Shown: in pieces, positions 1-24,434 of the stretch
Numbering within the stretch: the stretch's first letter is position 1
Layout: every line of letters begins with the position of its first letter
NCBI RefSeq assembly: GCF_009914755.1
Contig: NC_060943.1
Direction: 5' to 3' (one strand)
From: the human T2T-CHM13v2.0 reference genome, Homo sapiens
DNA: 64,000 nucleotides
Translations under genes and position numbers: made by a program
The notes under the pieces: model-generated
Database searches by the model: none
What the model was told of the DNA's origin: nothing
The model's input: the letters and a program-made list of their open reading frames with translations, nothing else

Positions 1-58
1 GCAAAGCCCACTCCTCCTGGGTGAAGTTCACATCTACATCCTCAAAGACCACTGAATC
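1..58 (-). CDS. ZNF625: KRAB-A exon (5' part, truncated by window edge) of minus-strand KRAB-ZNF gene
   Basis: Reverse complement reads ...gggatgtttcag|GAT TCA GTG GTC TTT GAG GAT GTA GAT GTG AAC TTC ACC CAG GAG GAG TGG GCT TTG = [19 protein letters not shown], with the same acceptor context as ZNF136 exon 2. Symbol comes from recalled gene order next to ZNF136, not from this sequence alone. Confidence 0.8.
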
Positions 59-599
59 CTGAAACATCCCACATGTGTAAAGAAACATGGGTGAGACTGA
101 CAGCACTGGGTTCCTATACTCTATTCCTACAAAGTTTCCATGGTGCTATGGACTCCAAACATTTATTCCATGATCTGGTCATCAGACTTTTTACTCTGTC
201 AACACTCACTCTTCCATAAAGAAATTCTTTTTTTTTAATTATTATTATTTTTTGAGACAGAATCTCATTCTGTCACCCAAGTGGGAGTGCAGTGGCATGA
301 TCTTGGCTCACTGCAACCTCCGCCTCCCAGGTTCAAATGATTCTCATGCTTCAGCCTCCCAAGTAGCTGAGATTATAGGCGCCTGCCACCACGCACAACT
401 AATTTTTGTATTTTTAGTAGAGATGGGGTTTTACCATGTTGGCCAGACTGGTCTCCAACTCCTGACCACAAGTGATCCACCAGCCTTGGCCTCCCAAAGT
501 GCTGGGATTACAGGCATGAGCCACCAAGCCTGGCTGAGGCCCTACCAATCTGACTGATAAGAGTCATAACTAACTAAAACAAAAAATCAAGAGCAGAAA

Positions 600-2334
<1,735 letters not shown>

Positions 2335-2559
2335 TGAGTGCTTTCCTCTCATGAAAAGTATTCATAAACAAAATAGAAAAGTTTCCAATGCAGCCATTCA
2401 TGGCTCTGTGGAAAAATGAAAAACAAAATACTACAGCTCTTTCAAATACATCATGGTGGACACACTGATGAAGATGTCGATTAGAGAGGGGAGATGGGTG
2501 CTTTGGAATGTGGGAAGGGAATCAGAAATGTAAGGATTTGTTGTTGTCCCCATGAAAAG

Positions 2560-2938
2560 GTAGCTGTGGGGGTCTCAAGGACTCCCTCTTTGACAAGGCT
2601 TTGACCTTGTCCTACAAAACCCAGTTATAGCAAAGATCCTTCTAAGGGAGTTCAGAGAAACCCCACCCTGGCCCCTCCAAACGTGATACCCAATGAAGTT
2701 CTGTTACCCCTATTCATAACTCATCAGCTTTCTCTTCTGTAACCCTTGATACCTCACCAAGTTCCATCCTCTCCCTCAATTTACCCTTGAACTATAGGTT
2801 CAATACTGTTGTTGCTGCATGCAAGGTTGAGGTCAATCTCTCTCCCATATTACAGTTCTCATGACCCACATCACAACTGTCCTGAATAAAGCCTTCTTTG
2901 ACATTTTTAACACGATTTCAGTACAATCTTTTTTTACA
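2560..2938 (+). mobile_element. ERV1-class LTR remnant (MER31-like)
   Basis: Resembles recalled MER31 consensus (cccagttatagcaaagatcct..., gaggtcaatctctctcccatatt..., ctgaataaagcc) and ends in ...ttaca. Confidence 0.5.
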
Positions 2939-3633
2939 AGGGACAGGGACTTAGACTTGAAACCCTGCTTCACAAGTCTGGAATGCATAGGGGATAATAT
3001 GCTCTCTCCCTGTGGGAAGGAAGGAGGGTGTCCTGAGAGTATCTCCCACTCACATATCCAGAACTCTGGGTCAGACTTCTCTCCTCATGACCACTCCTTG
3101 TTGTCACTCCATAAACTGGGTGAGATGGGGGACTGTGGATACACCATTACCCAGACAGTGTTCTACGGTGGAGCTCGCCTCCTGCAGTGATGGGACACAA
3201 TGCCTGGGAGTCCTGTTTGCCAATTCAGCCCTTACCTTGTGTCATAAAGGAGACTGAGGTTCCAACTGAGATGGATATATGTGAGGACCAGGTGTAGAAT
3301 TTTCAAGTTTTTCTTCCATTTGGTGAATACTCTTTGCAATTTATTTCTTCTTTTTTTTTTTAAGCCTATAGCAAGCAGTATTCTCATGCATTCTATAAAC
3401 CATGCAGTAACCAGGCTTGAATCTGCTCAGCTGCTAAGATCAGCTATACTCTTGTATTTCTTTTTTTTTTTTTTTTCTTTTGTCTGAGACAGAGTCTCAC
3501 TCTGTCATCCAGGCTGGAGTGCAGTAGTGCAATCACAGCTCACTGCAGACTCAACCTCTGGGGTCAAGCAATCCTCCCACCACAGCCTTCTGAGTACCTG
3601 GGCTCACTGGAGCATGCCACCACACCTGGGTAA

Positions 3634-3840
<207 letters not shown>

Positions 3841-4569
3841 TAGCCAAGATGGTCTCGGTCTCCTGACCTCGTGATCCGCCCGCCTCGGCCGCCCAAAGTG
3901 CTGGGATTATAGATGTGAGCCACCGCGCCTGGCCAGTTTTTTTTATTTTTTGTAGAGACATGGTCTCACTATGCTTCCCAGGTTGGTCTTAAACTCCTAG
4001 GCTCAAGAGATCCCCTTACCTCAGCCTTCCAAGTTCTGGGATTCCAGATGTGAACCACTAACCTTGACCATACTCCTGTATTTCTTCATTGTGTCTTTCA
4101 AAACAGAAAAGCTTAAATTTTAATGTAGTCAAAATTACATACTTTTTCTCTGTTCCTAGTGTTTCTCTTGTCATATTATAGCCTCTTCTTCCTAAACCTA
4201 AGATCATGAATATTTTTGGGTGGCACATTCTGTAGCAACAAGAGGGTGAGGTTCTCCTTTGTTCCCAGAGGAGAATGAGACTGGTGTATTCTGCAGGCTA
4301 ATAAGGAAATGAAACTCACTATACTATGGAGGATAAAAGTATATAAATTTACACTATAACAGTATAATGCCATATAGGCTAATACCGTTTATATGTGGCA
4401 CTTATATATCATATACACGTTACATGTAATATTTACCAATTACCTACCATAACTAAACCATATACTGTATATAAATGCAACATATGTACATGTATATGTG
4501 TATATATATACACACACACTATATCCTGTACTAGATAATGCTAGATTCTATTAAAATACTGTACATGAA

Positions 4570-5325
<756 letters not shown>

Positions 5326-5390
5326 TAGGCGGGACGCGGTGGCTCACGCCTGTAATCCTAGCACTTTGGGAGGCCGAGGTGGGTGGATCA

Positions 5391-5519
<129 letters not shown>

Positions 5520-5678
5520 TCACTTGAACTTCGGGGGAGAAGTTGCAGTGAGCCTAGAATGCGCCACTGCACTCTAGCCTGGGCGACAGAGTGAGACTCC
5601 ATCTCAAAAAAAAAAAAAAAAAGAAAAGCCCTCCAGATTTATAGTAAAGACACATGCACGGCTGGGTGCAGTAGTTCA

Positions 5679-6268
<590 letters not shown>

Positions 6269-6983
6269 TAGCCAGGATGGTCTCAATCTCCTGACCTTGT
6301 GATCCACCCGCCTCAGCCTCCCAAAGTGCTGGGATTATAGGCGTGAGCCACCCCGCCCAGCCCTTACCTATATTCTTTTGTAAAATATTGAAAATGCCTG
6401 AACAGAGCCAGGAAGGGCCTCTTTTCTCTTGATCTTCATTATAGATTAACTTTCCTCTTACCTTTCTCACACAAAGACTTCATGGCCATCACAGTGTCTT
6501 AAGCTGGAATGTCAAATTTGATAATGGCTCACTGCAGCATCAAACTCCTGGGGTCCAGTGATCCTCCTGCCTCAGTGTCCCTTGTATCAGGAACTACAGG
6601 TGGGTGCAACCACACCTGTCTAATTTTTCTATTTTTCTTTTCTAGACATGGGTCTTGTATTACCAAGGCTGGTCTCCAACTCCTGGTCTCAAGCAATCAT
6701 CCTGCCTCAGCCTCACAAAGCTGGGATTACAGGTGTGGGACACTGCACTAGGTCAAGAGTTTAACTTTTAGCTCCGGAGTTCTAAGCCCATTTCCCTAGA
6801 GTCTGTATTTTCTTGAATGGCAATTCTCAGATTTTCACTTAAATAATCTCCTTATAATAGGAATCTGATCATTTCAATCATTTAAGGTAGAAAAATCCAA
6901 ACAAGGCGACTACATCACTGTAACCAATAAAGTATTTTTTGATTTTTATTCTAATGCACCATATAAAAGCCTATCCTTCAACC

Positions 6984-7980
<997 letters not shown>

Positions 7981-8379
7981 AACTGCAAGCCATGACTGGG
8001 TGTTTCTCATTCAGGAAACATTTCTCATTCATTTTTTTCAAACTCCTATTCTGAGAAGCAAAACTCTTTAATTTTTAAGAGGACTCAGTTTAGTTTGTTG
8101 CTGTTGTTTTTGTTTTGTTTTGTTTGAGACAGGGTCTCGCTCAGTCGCCCAGGCTGGAGTGCAGTGGCGCGATCTCGGCTCACTGCAGTCCCAATCTCCT
8201 CCCTCAAGCGATCCTCCCACCTCAGCCCCCCAGTAGCTGGGATTACAGGTGGGCGGCACCACGCCCGGCTCATTTTTTAAAAAATTATTTTTAATAGAAA
8301 CTAGGGTCTCGGTATGTTGCCTAGGCTGGTCTCGAATTTCTGGGCTGAAGCAATCCCCCCGCCTCAACCTGCCAGGCGT

Positions 8380-9120
8380 GACCCACTGCGCCTGGCCTTC
8401 AATTTAGTTTTTCAGGAAAAAAGGGGGGACTGGGGACCCCGCAGCCCACCGCTCCTCCCACACGAACCACACACCCGAGGCAGGATTGCCTCCATGACCC
8501 TCCCGTGGTCTCCGCACAATCTGGGGAGACGCGGGACTACGGGCGCGGAGCTCCCCAGAGAGGGCTCCGGGGCCGGGGCCAGGGCCGGGGTCGCAGTCGC
8601 AGCGCAGAGACGGGACAGGACGCCTGGGGTCCCGGCTGCCGGCCCAACCCCACCCTGCGGCCGAAGGGACCGAGGGCCGAGCTACGCCAGGGGGACTCCG
8701 CTCTGCAGACCCGAAGTCGCTGCAGGAAGGCCTGGGTCCTGCTAGAGCCGGTTCGAGCCGGTTCCTCCCGGCCCCTCCCCCGTCTCGGGACCCCCGGCCC
8801 CGCACACTCACCATTTCCCGGCTTCCAGGTGTCCTGGCCTCCTCTCCACGGATCCCTCTAACAGTCCAGTCACAGTGCGGGCGATGGAGCGACAGAAGCT
8901 ATGGCGGAGGCACCTGGTCCCTCTCGGGGCCGGAAAACCGAGATCCCGACCTCCCTTTGGTGCAAGACGCCTGGGAGTCAGGAAAGCGGGAATGCGGCCT
9001 CCCCTTCCCCGGATGGACAGTTGGCAGGACCCCGCCCCAGCGCCCCTGATTGGATGAGGCTCCAGTCCCCGTCCCATCGGTCCTGAGTGACAGCGGAAGC
9101 CCTGGGTAACAAGGCCCGGC
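8380..9120 (-). promoter_or_regulatory. CpG island / promoter of the minus-strand ZNF gene
   Basis: CpG-dense. On the minus strand there is a GC box (ccccgcccc ~9030) and a CCAAT box (gattgg ~9048) upstream of exon 1. Confidence 0.85.
8812..8814 (-). CDS. ZNF625: ATG-only coding part of exon 1 of the minus-strand KRAB-ZNF gene
   Basis: Minus strand reads GGACACCTGGAAGCCGGGAAATG|GTGAGT (donor at 8811), the family-typical first exon ending in the start codon. Phase 0 matches the KRAB-A exon at 58. Confidence 0.8.
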
Positions 9121-9315
9121 AGAACCGAAATGACCTGTTCCAACCACAGATTATCTAAGCGAGCTCCCTCCCTGCGTCTTGCTCTTTGGGTATTTGCATT
9201 TCAGCCAAATTTGCTCCGAATTGCTAGAGGGGGTACCGTTGTCTTCCTCACTCAATGGGCTGTCCCTGCTCCTTTGTCTTGCACAGGAAATTCCAGACTC
9301 AGAGTCCAGTGGAGG

Positions 9316-9520
9316 TGAAGGAAATTAAAATATTTTACGCCAAAATATATTTATTTGACAGATTTTGAAATGGCTGTGGCTCGGCCGCAAAAAAAAGTGG
9401 ACTGGCAAAGCTGTCTTTGGAGGGGGGGAATTTGCATCTGCAGAGAATCTCCATTGATGAAACCATGCCCTCTCCCCCTTTATTTCTTTCCCTTTATCCA
9501 AGCTAGAAGAGATTGTGACC
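9316..9520 (+). mobile_element. MER34/MER39-like LTR 5' fragment
   Basis: tgaaggaaattaaaatattttacgccaaaatatattt...ttttgaaatggctg matches the recalled MER34-group LTR start. Confidence 0.55.
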
Positions 9521-9948
9521 TGAACACAGGCAGGGTGCGGTGGTTCACGCCTGTAATCCTAGCACTTTGGGAGGCCAAGACTGGAGGATCCCTTAAAGTA
9601 AAGAGTTAAAGACCAACTTGGTCAACACAAGAATACCCCTGTTTTGTTGTTTTTTTTTTTTAATTTTTATTTATTAAACTTTAAGTTCTAGGGTACATGC
9701 GCACAATGTGCAGGTTTGTTACATATGTATACATGCGCCATGTTGGTGTGCTGTACCCATTAACTCGTCATTTACATTAGGTATATCTCCTAATGTTATC
9801 CCTCCCACATCCCCCCACCCTAGACCCCTGTTTTTATTATTTAAAAATCTTTACGGCCGGGAGCGGTGGCTCACGCCTATAATCCCAGCACTTTGGGAGG
9901 CCGACGCGGGCGGATCACGAGGTCAGGAAATCAAGACCATCCTGGCTA

Positions 9949-10237
<289 letters not shown>

Positions 10238-10932
10238 TTATTATTTTATTTTATTGTATTTATTATCATTTTTTTTGAGACGGAGTCTCGCTCTGTCGTC
10301 CGGGCTGGAGTGCAGTGGCGCAATCTCGGCTCACTGCAAGCTCCGCCTCCCGCCCGGGTTCATGCCATTCTCCTGCCTCAACCTCCCAAGTAGCTGGGAC
10401 TACAGGCGCCTGCCACCACGCCCGGCTAATTTTTTGTATTTTTAGTAGAGACGGGGTTTCACCGTGTTAGCCAGGATTGTCTCGATCTCCTGACCTCGTG
10501 ATCCGTCCGCCTCGGCTTCCCAAAGTGCTGGGATTACAGGCGTGAGCCACCGCGCCCTGCGGGTTTATGAATTTAACAGTAAATTTAGCTTAAACTGACT
10601 CAAGTCGAGAGCTTCCTGTTGGTGAAAATGAAGGTCTTAAAGGAGAGAATAATTTCTAAACTGAGGAGGGGACAGAAGGGCATTTCAAACTCCCAGATAA
10701 ATCCTTAATTTTCTCTGCCTCATCATCTGGGACTGACCCGCCCTGGGGGGCTCCATTTCAGCAGTCACAGTTTGGCTTCCAAGCTTGGAAATATCATTTA
10801 CCTTCTGACAGAGGGTTTTCCTTGTGAACTGTGCATGAAGCAGGCTGCTTATCTGAACTACTTCAAATGTTTGCTTTACTTTTCTTTTGATTCCTTTATA
10901 AAATATTGCTGCCGGCTGGGCGCGGTGGCTCA

Positions 10933-11729
<797 letters not shown>

Positions 11730-11734
11730 CTATA

Positions 11735-11769
<35 letters not shown>

Positions 11770-12124
11770 CGAGACAGGGTGTTACTCTGTCACCTAGGCT
11801 GGAGTGCAGTGCGCTGATCATAGCTAACTGCAGCCTCTACCTTCAAGGTTCAAGCAATCCTCTTTACTCAGCCTGCTAAGTAGCTGGGACTATAGTTGCA
11901 GGGCCACCAGGCTGGGCTAATTTTTTTTTTTTTTCTTTTTTTTTTAGAGATGAGGTCTCACTACGTTGCTCAAGCTGGTCTTGAACTCCTGGCCTCAAGC
12001 AGTTCTCCTTTCCAGCCCTCCCCGAGTCCTGGGATTGTATAGGTGTGAGCCACATGTCGGGCCTAGAACCTTTCATTCAAGCTCCACTCAGCCAGGTGTT
12101 AAATTCTCCTCTCACTCCGCCTCC

Positions 12125-13167
<1,043 letters not shown>

Positions 13168-13500
13168 TAATAGTTTGCTGGCTTCTTCATTTTATCAAAG
13201 GAATAATTATTTGCCAGTTTTAAAATCCACTTAAAACTGTCTTGAAATTTTTCTCTTCTACTTTACGGTAAACACAGGAGGAAAGCAGGGACTCTGCTGG
13301 ATTCTCTTTCGAACACTGGGATTGAGGGTGTTTGCCTCGTGGAACTGAACAATGTGGGTGAAAAGCAGGTGGAAAACTTGCAGGGGGCAGCATAGCCTGA
13401 GGCCGGTGATCCACACTGAGACTAATCTGGAGCCTGCAAAGGGAGGGAAAGGGAGCTCCCCCGATTGCTTCCTGGGCAGCCTGCCTTCCCCTGTAGGTAG

Positions 13501-13996
<496 letters not shown>

Positions 13997-15179
13997 TGAA
14001 GAAAATATGTAAAGATCATATTTAGAGACTCATTTAGGTAGCGTTCCAGAGAAATGGTTTATGAGCTAGAGAGGTTGGAATTTCAAGGGGCCTAAATTGA
14101 CCACAGGTGAGAGTTTTCTGCTGGTGTAAATTATTAAGGTATTGAAGGAGGGAGCGTTCCCACATTGTGATGCTGTGACAGGAGGGCATGTTGAGCTCCC
14201 AGAGTTAAATCCTTAGGTTTCCTGCCTCATCATCAGGGTCTAATGTACTCTGTGGCTCCACTTCAGCAGTCACTGACTCTTAAGCTTGGGAATATGTTCT
14301 ACCTTCTGAATTCATCTTTTCCTTTTTAAATGTTCTGAAGTGCCCTGCTTATCTGAGCTAGTTCAAATTTTCGCTTTACTTCCCTTTTGATTTCTTTACA
14401 GATTACGGAAATAGAACTTGTTTTTCCATGTATTTAATAATTTTATTCACTTGTTGGCAGTTTTTTATTTTCTTGGGTGAAAATGAGTAGATTGATTTGG
14501 GAGGCGAAAGTGGGAGGTTCACTTGAGGCTAGGAGTTCAAGACCAGCCTGGACAACAAACGAAATCCCGTCTCTACAAAAAATTAAAGAATTTGCCGGGC
14601 TTGGTGGCATGTACCTGTAGTCTCTACTACTCAGGGGACTGAAGCGGAAGGTTCGCTTGAACCCAGGAGATGGAGGCTGCAGTGAGCTATGATCATGCCA
14701 TTGCACTCTAACCTGGGTGGCAGAGCTAGACCCTGTCTCAAATAAATAAATAAAGTAATAAATAAGTAAATAAAGTAATAAATAAGTAAATAAAGTAAAA
14801 AATAGAGAGAGATAAAGAGGTATGGTATGAGAAAGCCTTGGGCACGCTTCCCATATCCTCATCCCAAATTTCCGATCCCTGGGAATATCACGCCCTTTCT
14901 TCTGTTCCAGTCCTGCCTGGAACTCCCTGCGCACACCTGTGACTCCTCATGCAAGAGGTAGATGAAGAAATGACCCACTGAGTACAGGAAGTATCTCCTT
15001 TGGTAAACCCGGATTAAGTTCTGCTAAAATGCAAGTATCTCCCATCTCCCCATCCCCCGCAGACCAAGTACAGTGAAGGGGACGAGGGGAAGAAGTCCAC
15101 CCTGCGTTTGAGGGCTGGGGCCAAGACCCCTCATTCCCGCTTCACTCATCTATGCTTCACATCTCCTGTCATTCACATC

Positions 15180-15740
15180 TGTCAAGATGCAGGGGGCAGA
15201 GCCCGAAGCTGTACCCAATCAGGGGCACCGGGGAGGAGCTCTGCGATCGGTCCAATCAGGCGCGCCGTCGGGGACGCAGCTGCAGACGTTCAACCTTCTC
15301 GCGGGATTTTCATTTCTCGCGTCTGCCGTACTTGGTTTCGCTTCGCTAGTCCCAGAGGCCCAGAGTGGCTCGCCTGGAGTCTCTGTGGCGCGGTTTCCTG
15401 TACCTGCCTTGGGATCCGGAGGGAGGAAGCTGGGACACCCGGGAGTCAGGAAATGGTGAGTGTGTCGGGCCCTGCGTCCCGAGACAGGGAGGAGGGGCTG
15501 GTTGGACGACCGGAACTGGCTGTGGCGCGGCCCGGGCCTTCCCGTGGGCGACTCTGGGTCTGCGTACCGAGTCCCTCTGGCGCAGCTCAGCCCTTGGTAC
15601 CCTCGGCCTCAGGGTGGGGCTGGGCCGGCAGCCGGGACCCCGGGCGTCCTCGTCCCGCCCTGTGCCGCGATTGCGGCCCCGGCCCCGAAGACCCAAGTCT
15701 CTTCAGATTGTGCGGGGCCCACGCGAGGGTCATGGGGTGG
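15180..15740 (+). promoter_or_regulatory. ZNF136: ZNF136 CpG island / promoter and exon 1
   Basis: CpG-dense, two CCAATCAGG motifs (~15215, ~15252), exon ends GGGAGTCAGGAAATG|GTGAGT. Confidence 0.9.
15453..15455 (+). CDS. ZNF136: ZNF136 coding exon 1 (ATG)
   Basis: ATG immediately followed by GTGAGT donor. The 3+127+61+1432 nt exons sum to 1623 nt = 540 aa + stop. Confidence 0.85.
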
Positions 15741-16542
15741 GGGAAATCCTGACTTGTGCGTGGAAGGAGCTGTGGTGTATGAGGTTCCCAGTTCCTTTTC
15801 TCTCCACAGAGGACACCCGTTTTTCCCTGAGTTTTCTAAGTGTATGGGATGCAGGGTCCCAAATCCTCACTCTGTCCCCCAGCCTGCTGTTTCCAGGGCT
15901 TGCAGTAAATCCCCAAATTTCCTGTTCTCTTTTCGCTTTTCCAAACGCCAACCTCTCCCCTTCCATTCACGACATTAGCAACCGTTTCTCCTATATTCTA
16001 CATTTCAGATATTGTGCTTTCATTGTTTATTTTTCAACAAAGCAATGGATTACTCTTTCATCAAGGTTTGTTTTCTGTTCATAGCCTTGACACTCCGCTG
16101 TAAGAAACCTTTGTGCTTGTCCTTTTGTCTCCTCTATGCACAGATACCTCATCAGAATGTCTTTGAGTTGAGGTTCCCCTTTGGAATCTTTACAGGGTGA
16201 TATGCCTTCAGCGCCCCCTCCTATTTATTTTTTCCTGGTTCTGGGTTTCAAAACTGTCTGGGGCTGACTCAAGCTGCCCACAGCTGCCAAGTCTCTTGGA
16301 GGATCTAGTGAATATTGGGTCTTGGGTGAGTCTTCCTAGAGGACAGTTGAAATAGAAGGCTGGGAGAATGCCCTGGGACTAGGATAAATCTAGCATACCC
16401 TGCTTCTAAATAGCCAACCTCTGGGGGCACTCAGCTTTTCCTCCCCCAACCCCAGTTTCCATCCTTTGGAGACACACTGGTGGTCAGCCAATCAGATGCT
16501 GGTATTGAGGATTGAGAAAAGAAAATTTTTTGTGTGTTTTGA

Positions 16543-16897
<355 letters not shown>

Positions 16898-17772
16898 TAG
16901 CCAGGATGGTCTTGATCTCCTGACCTCGCGATCCGCTTGCCTTGGCCTCCCAGAGTGCTGGGATTACAGGCGTAACTGTACCCGGCCTCAAAAAAATAAT
17001 TTTCGTCTGATAAATGTGGGTCCTTTTAAATGAACGGGCACATAGAGACATTCAAGTGATACAGCAATCACCTTCTAACTCCCTGAAGCTATGAATTCAT
17101 CTTTTGAAACTGCTATTGCCACAAGTAGGTATAATCAACTTACTAATGCAACACGGGACCCTGGAACCCACACCCTATAGCTTAACAGTGCATAGCCACG
17201 CGCTTATCAATGTTACTTCTGTAAATCAGTGAGAATTCCTGACAAACAACTTTGTATCAGCCCACATCCTGTCCCCCTTTTTCAGACACTTTGGGTCATA
17301 TTTTGTGTTTCAGCCTCTACTTTTTAGGTCGACAAGGGAAAAGACGGAAATGATTCCTGTCCTTTGTATTCTCTCAGCCTTGTGAAGGGAGAAAAACTAT
17401 CTCAGCGAGGTGGTGGAATAACCTGAAAAACAAAATGCACTTTGGGTACACAGTGTCGCGTAATGCAGTGTCTCTTGGGCGGGTGGTCACTGAGCATTTC
17501 AGTGAGCACTATGGGGGTAGAGGGATGTTCCAACTGATAGATAAGATGACCTCTGCTGACACTGGAGTCAGACGAATGTCTGTATTCCAGGTCAGCACTG
17601 CTTCTCCCTGGGATTCTTGCCTTAACAACAAGTTCAGCTTGAGTATTTCATTTAGTTGAAAGTGCATTTTATCAGTAGAGCTTCATAGAGAAGATAATGT
17701 ATTTCCCAAGAGGTAGATTTCAGGGGGAAAGAGATTAGTCTTATATTCCACATTTTAAAAATTCTTATTTTC

Positions 17773-18515
<743 letters not shown>

Positions 18516-20305
18516 AAATTCTTATTTTCTTTTATTCTTTCCCAGATCATGTGTAGTATATGTGTAGTATGTTTGTCAGATCTGTGTTCTGTTGGGTGAC
18601 TTGAAATGGAATTCCAGGGCTTAACCTTGAGAATATTATCAGGGAAAAGAAATGGGGGTGGGGAGAACCAACTCTCCTATTATGGCTTCAGAAAAATGAA
18701 TATAGTTTCCCAAGAAAGTTAGTAGATAAATTGGGGAATTACAAAGATTCACCAAAACATCAATTTCTCTTGCAAGGTGGAGAATTTGTGACGGTGAATA
18801 ACTGTTCTGTTTCCTGTTATTGGAACTTAGCAGATTCTAAATCTTAGGGAACAGGACCTGGCAACAACTAGGAATCCTCTAATAGGATTTTTGTTTACTA
18901 AATGATTTGTTATCATAGAAATAGTAGTTAAGTGACATCTTTGTCTGAAAATAGTAGATTCTTGTGCTTTTTCTGTTCAGCTATGATGTAAATGTGCCTT
19001 AATTTTCTTCCCTCCCATAAACATTAAGATTGATTTTGCTGGATTCATCAAACATGAGTCATTAAACATGGGTATTTTCTTTAAATATCCACATGAGGTA
19101 TGTAAAGGGAAGTGGGTAGCCTTGACTGGGGTGCAGAGGCCTGAGGCCAGCGACTCCAAACTGAGGCCAATCCAAAGGAGTACTGCATAAAGGAAGGCAC
19201 CAATCAAATATAAGATCTGCAAAGATCTGAAAGTTTAGGCAGAAAAGTGTTTTCTTTCATAGGAAGGGGCAAACAGATTAGAAAGAAGATGAGGAGGAAG
19301 AAGGCAGGATGGAGGGTGCAAAATCAGACCTAGATCAGAACATGTTTTATTCTGAGGTTATTCTGTTCTTAGGAAGTGTTGCCTATTTGTTCAGGCTGAG
19401 AGTGGGTCAAAGTTAAGGGCCTGGAGGAAATTTACAAGTCAAGGGCTTGCATCTGTAGTTCTCTATATTTTGGAGTAATTATCTACATGATATGTGTAGG
19501 TTCTGTGGCTTTTCACCTAAGAAGCAGAATCTCATTCTAGTACATTGAAGAGTCATGAAGCCAAATCTTTGATGGTCTGTGTCAGAGACACAAATTTAAG
19601 GAATGTTTGGTTAACAAATGTTTTGTTCCCACTGATCAGTGAAGACAAAACTGTTCAGCTAATGTTTTATGAAGCAAAGAATGGGCATTTGTAGACCTGA
19701 TGCCATGGCTCACGCTTGTAAGCCCATCACTTTGGGAGGCTGAGGCCAGAGGATAGCTTGAGCTCAGCAGTTTGAGACCAGCCTAGGCAACATTGCCAGA
19801 CTTTGTCTCAAAAAAAAGAAAAGATAAGACCGGGTGCGGTGGCTCACGCCTGAAATCCCAGCACTTTGGGAGGCCAAGACAGGCGGATCACCTGAGGTCA
19901 GGAGTTCAAGACCAGCCTGACCAACATGGAGAAACCCCATCTCTACTAAAAAAAATACAGGTGCCTGCCACCACACCCCGTCTCTACCTAAAACCTTTGT
20001 ACAAAAGGCAAAAGCATCTAAGTCTGCCCCTCAGAGACTTTCCCAATTTGTACAGTTTATTCTACAATTAAACTAATTCTGTGAAAGCAAAGCCAAACTG
20101 CTAATAATGTTGAGTTTTACTCAAGCCCTATAATCCAGTTAAATAGATATGGTCATAGAAATCACTGCCTTGTTAACCACTCAGTTCTTTCTGTTTTGCA
20201 GACGCAGACTCATGCAAAGATACCTTTTCCATTACTTCACGGCCTTTTTTTAAAAAATAAAGCCAGATACTGACTACAAATGCCCATTTTTTTTTCTTTT
20301 CTTTT

Positions 20306-20338
<33 letters not shown>

Positions 20339-20341
20339 TGA

Positions 20342-20636
<295 letters not shown>

Positions 20637-20649
20637 TGATCACAGTAAA

Positions 20650-21545
<896 letters not shown>

Positions 21546-21809
21546 CAGGTCAGAACCTTACATCGACTTGGTGAGTGGTTGCTGGTGAGAATTAAGACCC
21601 TGGAGGAGGGAGCATTTCCACACTGAGAAGGGGACAGTAGGGTGAGTAGTGCTCTGCGGATTATATTTTCTAATTACTCAAATATTCCTCACTCATTGCC
21701 TAGGAGAAGCCACTCTGAGCTACATCTCCACAGTGAGAGTGTAGTAAACTTTTGAATGTGGGTAAAGGTAAACAAATAAGCCTTGGGCATTTCTGGCATG
21801 TCTCCCTAA

Positions 21810-22223
<414 letters not shown>

Positions 22224-22637
22224 TAGTAGAGACGGGGTTTCACTGTGTTAGCCAGGGTGGTCTCGATCTCCTGACCTCGTGATCTGCCCACCTTGGCCTC
22301 CCAAAGTGCTGGGATTACAGGCGTGAGCCACCACGCCCGGCCATTTTTTTGTATTTTTAGTAGAGACGGGGTTTCGCTGTGTTAGCCAGGGTGGTCTCAA
22401 TCTCCTGACCTTGTGATTCACCCACCTTGGCCTCCCAAAGTGCTGGGATTACAGGCGTGAGCCACCGCGCCCGGCCTTTTGTGGTTTCTTTGCCTCAGTC
22501 CGTTGCACACATGCTGCTGTCTGAGGCTGTGGGTCACCCAGGTTACTAACCATTCCACTGCTTGATTTGAGTTGTTAGTATTTTATCTGTTGCCAATGTA
22601 ATTGTTGTTTTTGTCTCCAAGTGCTAATGCTTCATAA

Positions 22638-22799
<162 letters not shown>

Positions 22800-22802
22800 T
22801 AA

Positions 22803-23408
<606 letters not shown>

Positions 23409-24203
23409 TAGTAGAGATGGGGTTTCACCATGTTGGCCAGGATGGTCTTGATCTCTTGACCTCGTGATCTGCCTGCCTCGGCCTCCCAAAGTGCTGGGAT
23501 TACAGGTGTGTGCCACCGCACCTGGCTGCTTTGTAAGTTTTTTATACATTGGAAAAAAAAATCCCTGGGATGTAGCTTATAGATAGATTGACTTGGGAAT
23601 GCCAATGGAATATATGGATTAACCATCTGACCATGTATGCATGTGTATTTACTCCTTATAAGTAGTTCTCTTTATTTTTCTCTGTGTGATTACATGTTGC
23701 TTTTTACACTAGGATTGAGCATTTTTTCTGTGTGGCCTTTCATCTTCTGTAAAATAGTTTTCAGTCATCTTGTCACATTAAAGTCATTTGTATATTTATT
23801 GCTTCATTTCTTCCCTTTTTTCTTTTTTTAACTTACTCTGTAGGCTAATTCTTTTTCATTTATAGGGATTGCTAATATTTTGTTCCAGGGAGTGATTTAT
23901 CTTTTCACTCCATTCTACATTTTGATGGACTCTTAAATTTTTTTGTTTGTTGGCTTTTTTGGCCGCCTTCTGCATGCACCATCATCAAGGGTGGGGAAGG
24001 GTACTCTTCTTGATTTTAATTGAGTTGACTTTGGCTCTTCCTTTCAGGCCTACTTAATTTTCTTGTAAGAGAACATTCTAGAGAGTGTATATTTAGGGCA
24101 ACTTGAATCTGTGCTCCCAGGTTAAATAAAGAACACTCTCCCTACTGTCAAGTTGGAAAAAAAATTGTAACTTATGAAAGTTTGCTACTTTTTAAAATTT
24201 TAA

Positions 24204-24434
<231 letters not shown>

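Noticed and set aside
2861-3190. 109-aa non-Alu ORF
   Set aside because: Starts inside an LTR remnant, lies antisense within an intron, and has no recognisable domain or splice structure.
8314-9147. Overlapping G/R/P-rich ORFs (also 15108-16084 and 47312-47840)
   Set aside because: Stop-poor CpG-island sequence. The real coding content is only the ATG before the splice donor.
23930-24010. Short GC-richer segment beside a T-rich tract with actctt on both sides, possibly a tiny retro-insertion
   Set aside because: Too short to assign, and no source RNA was recognised.
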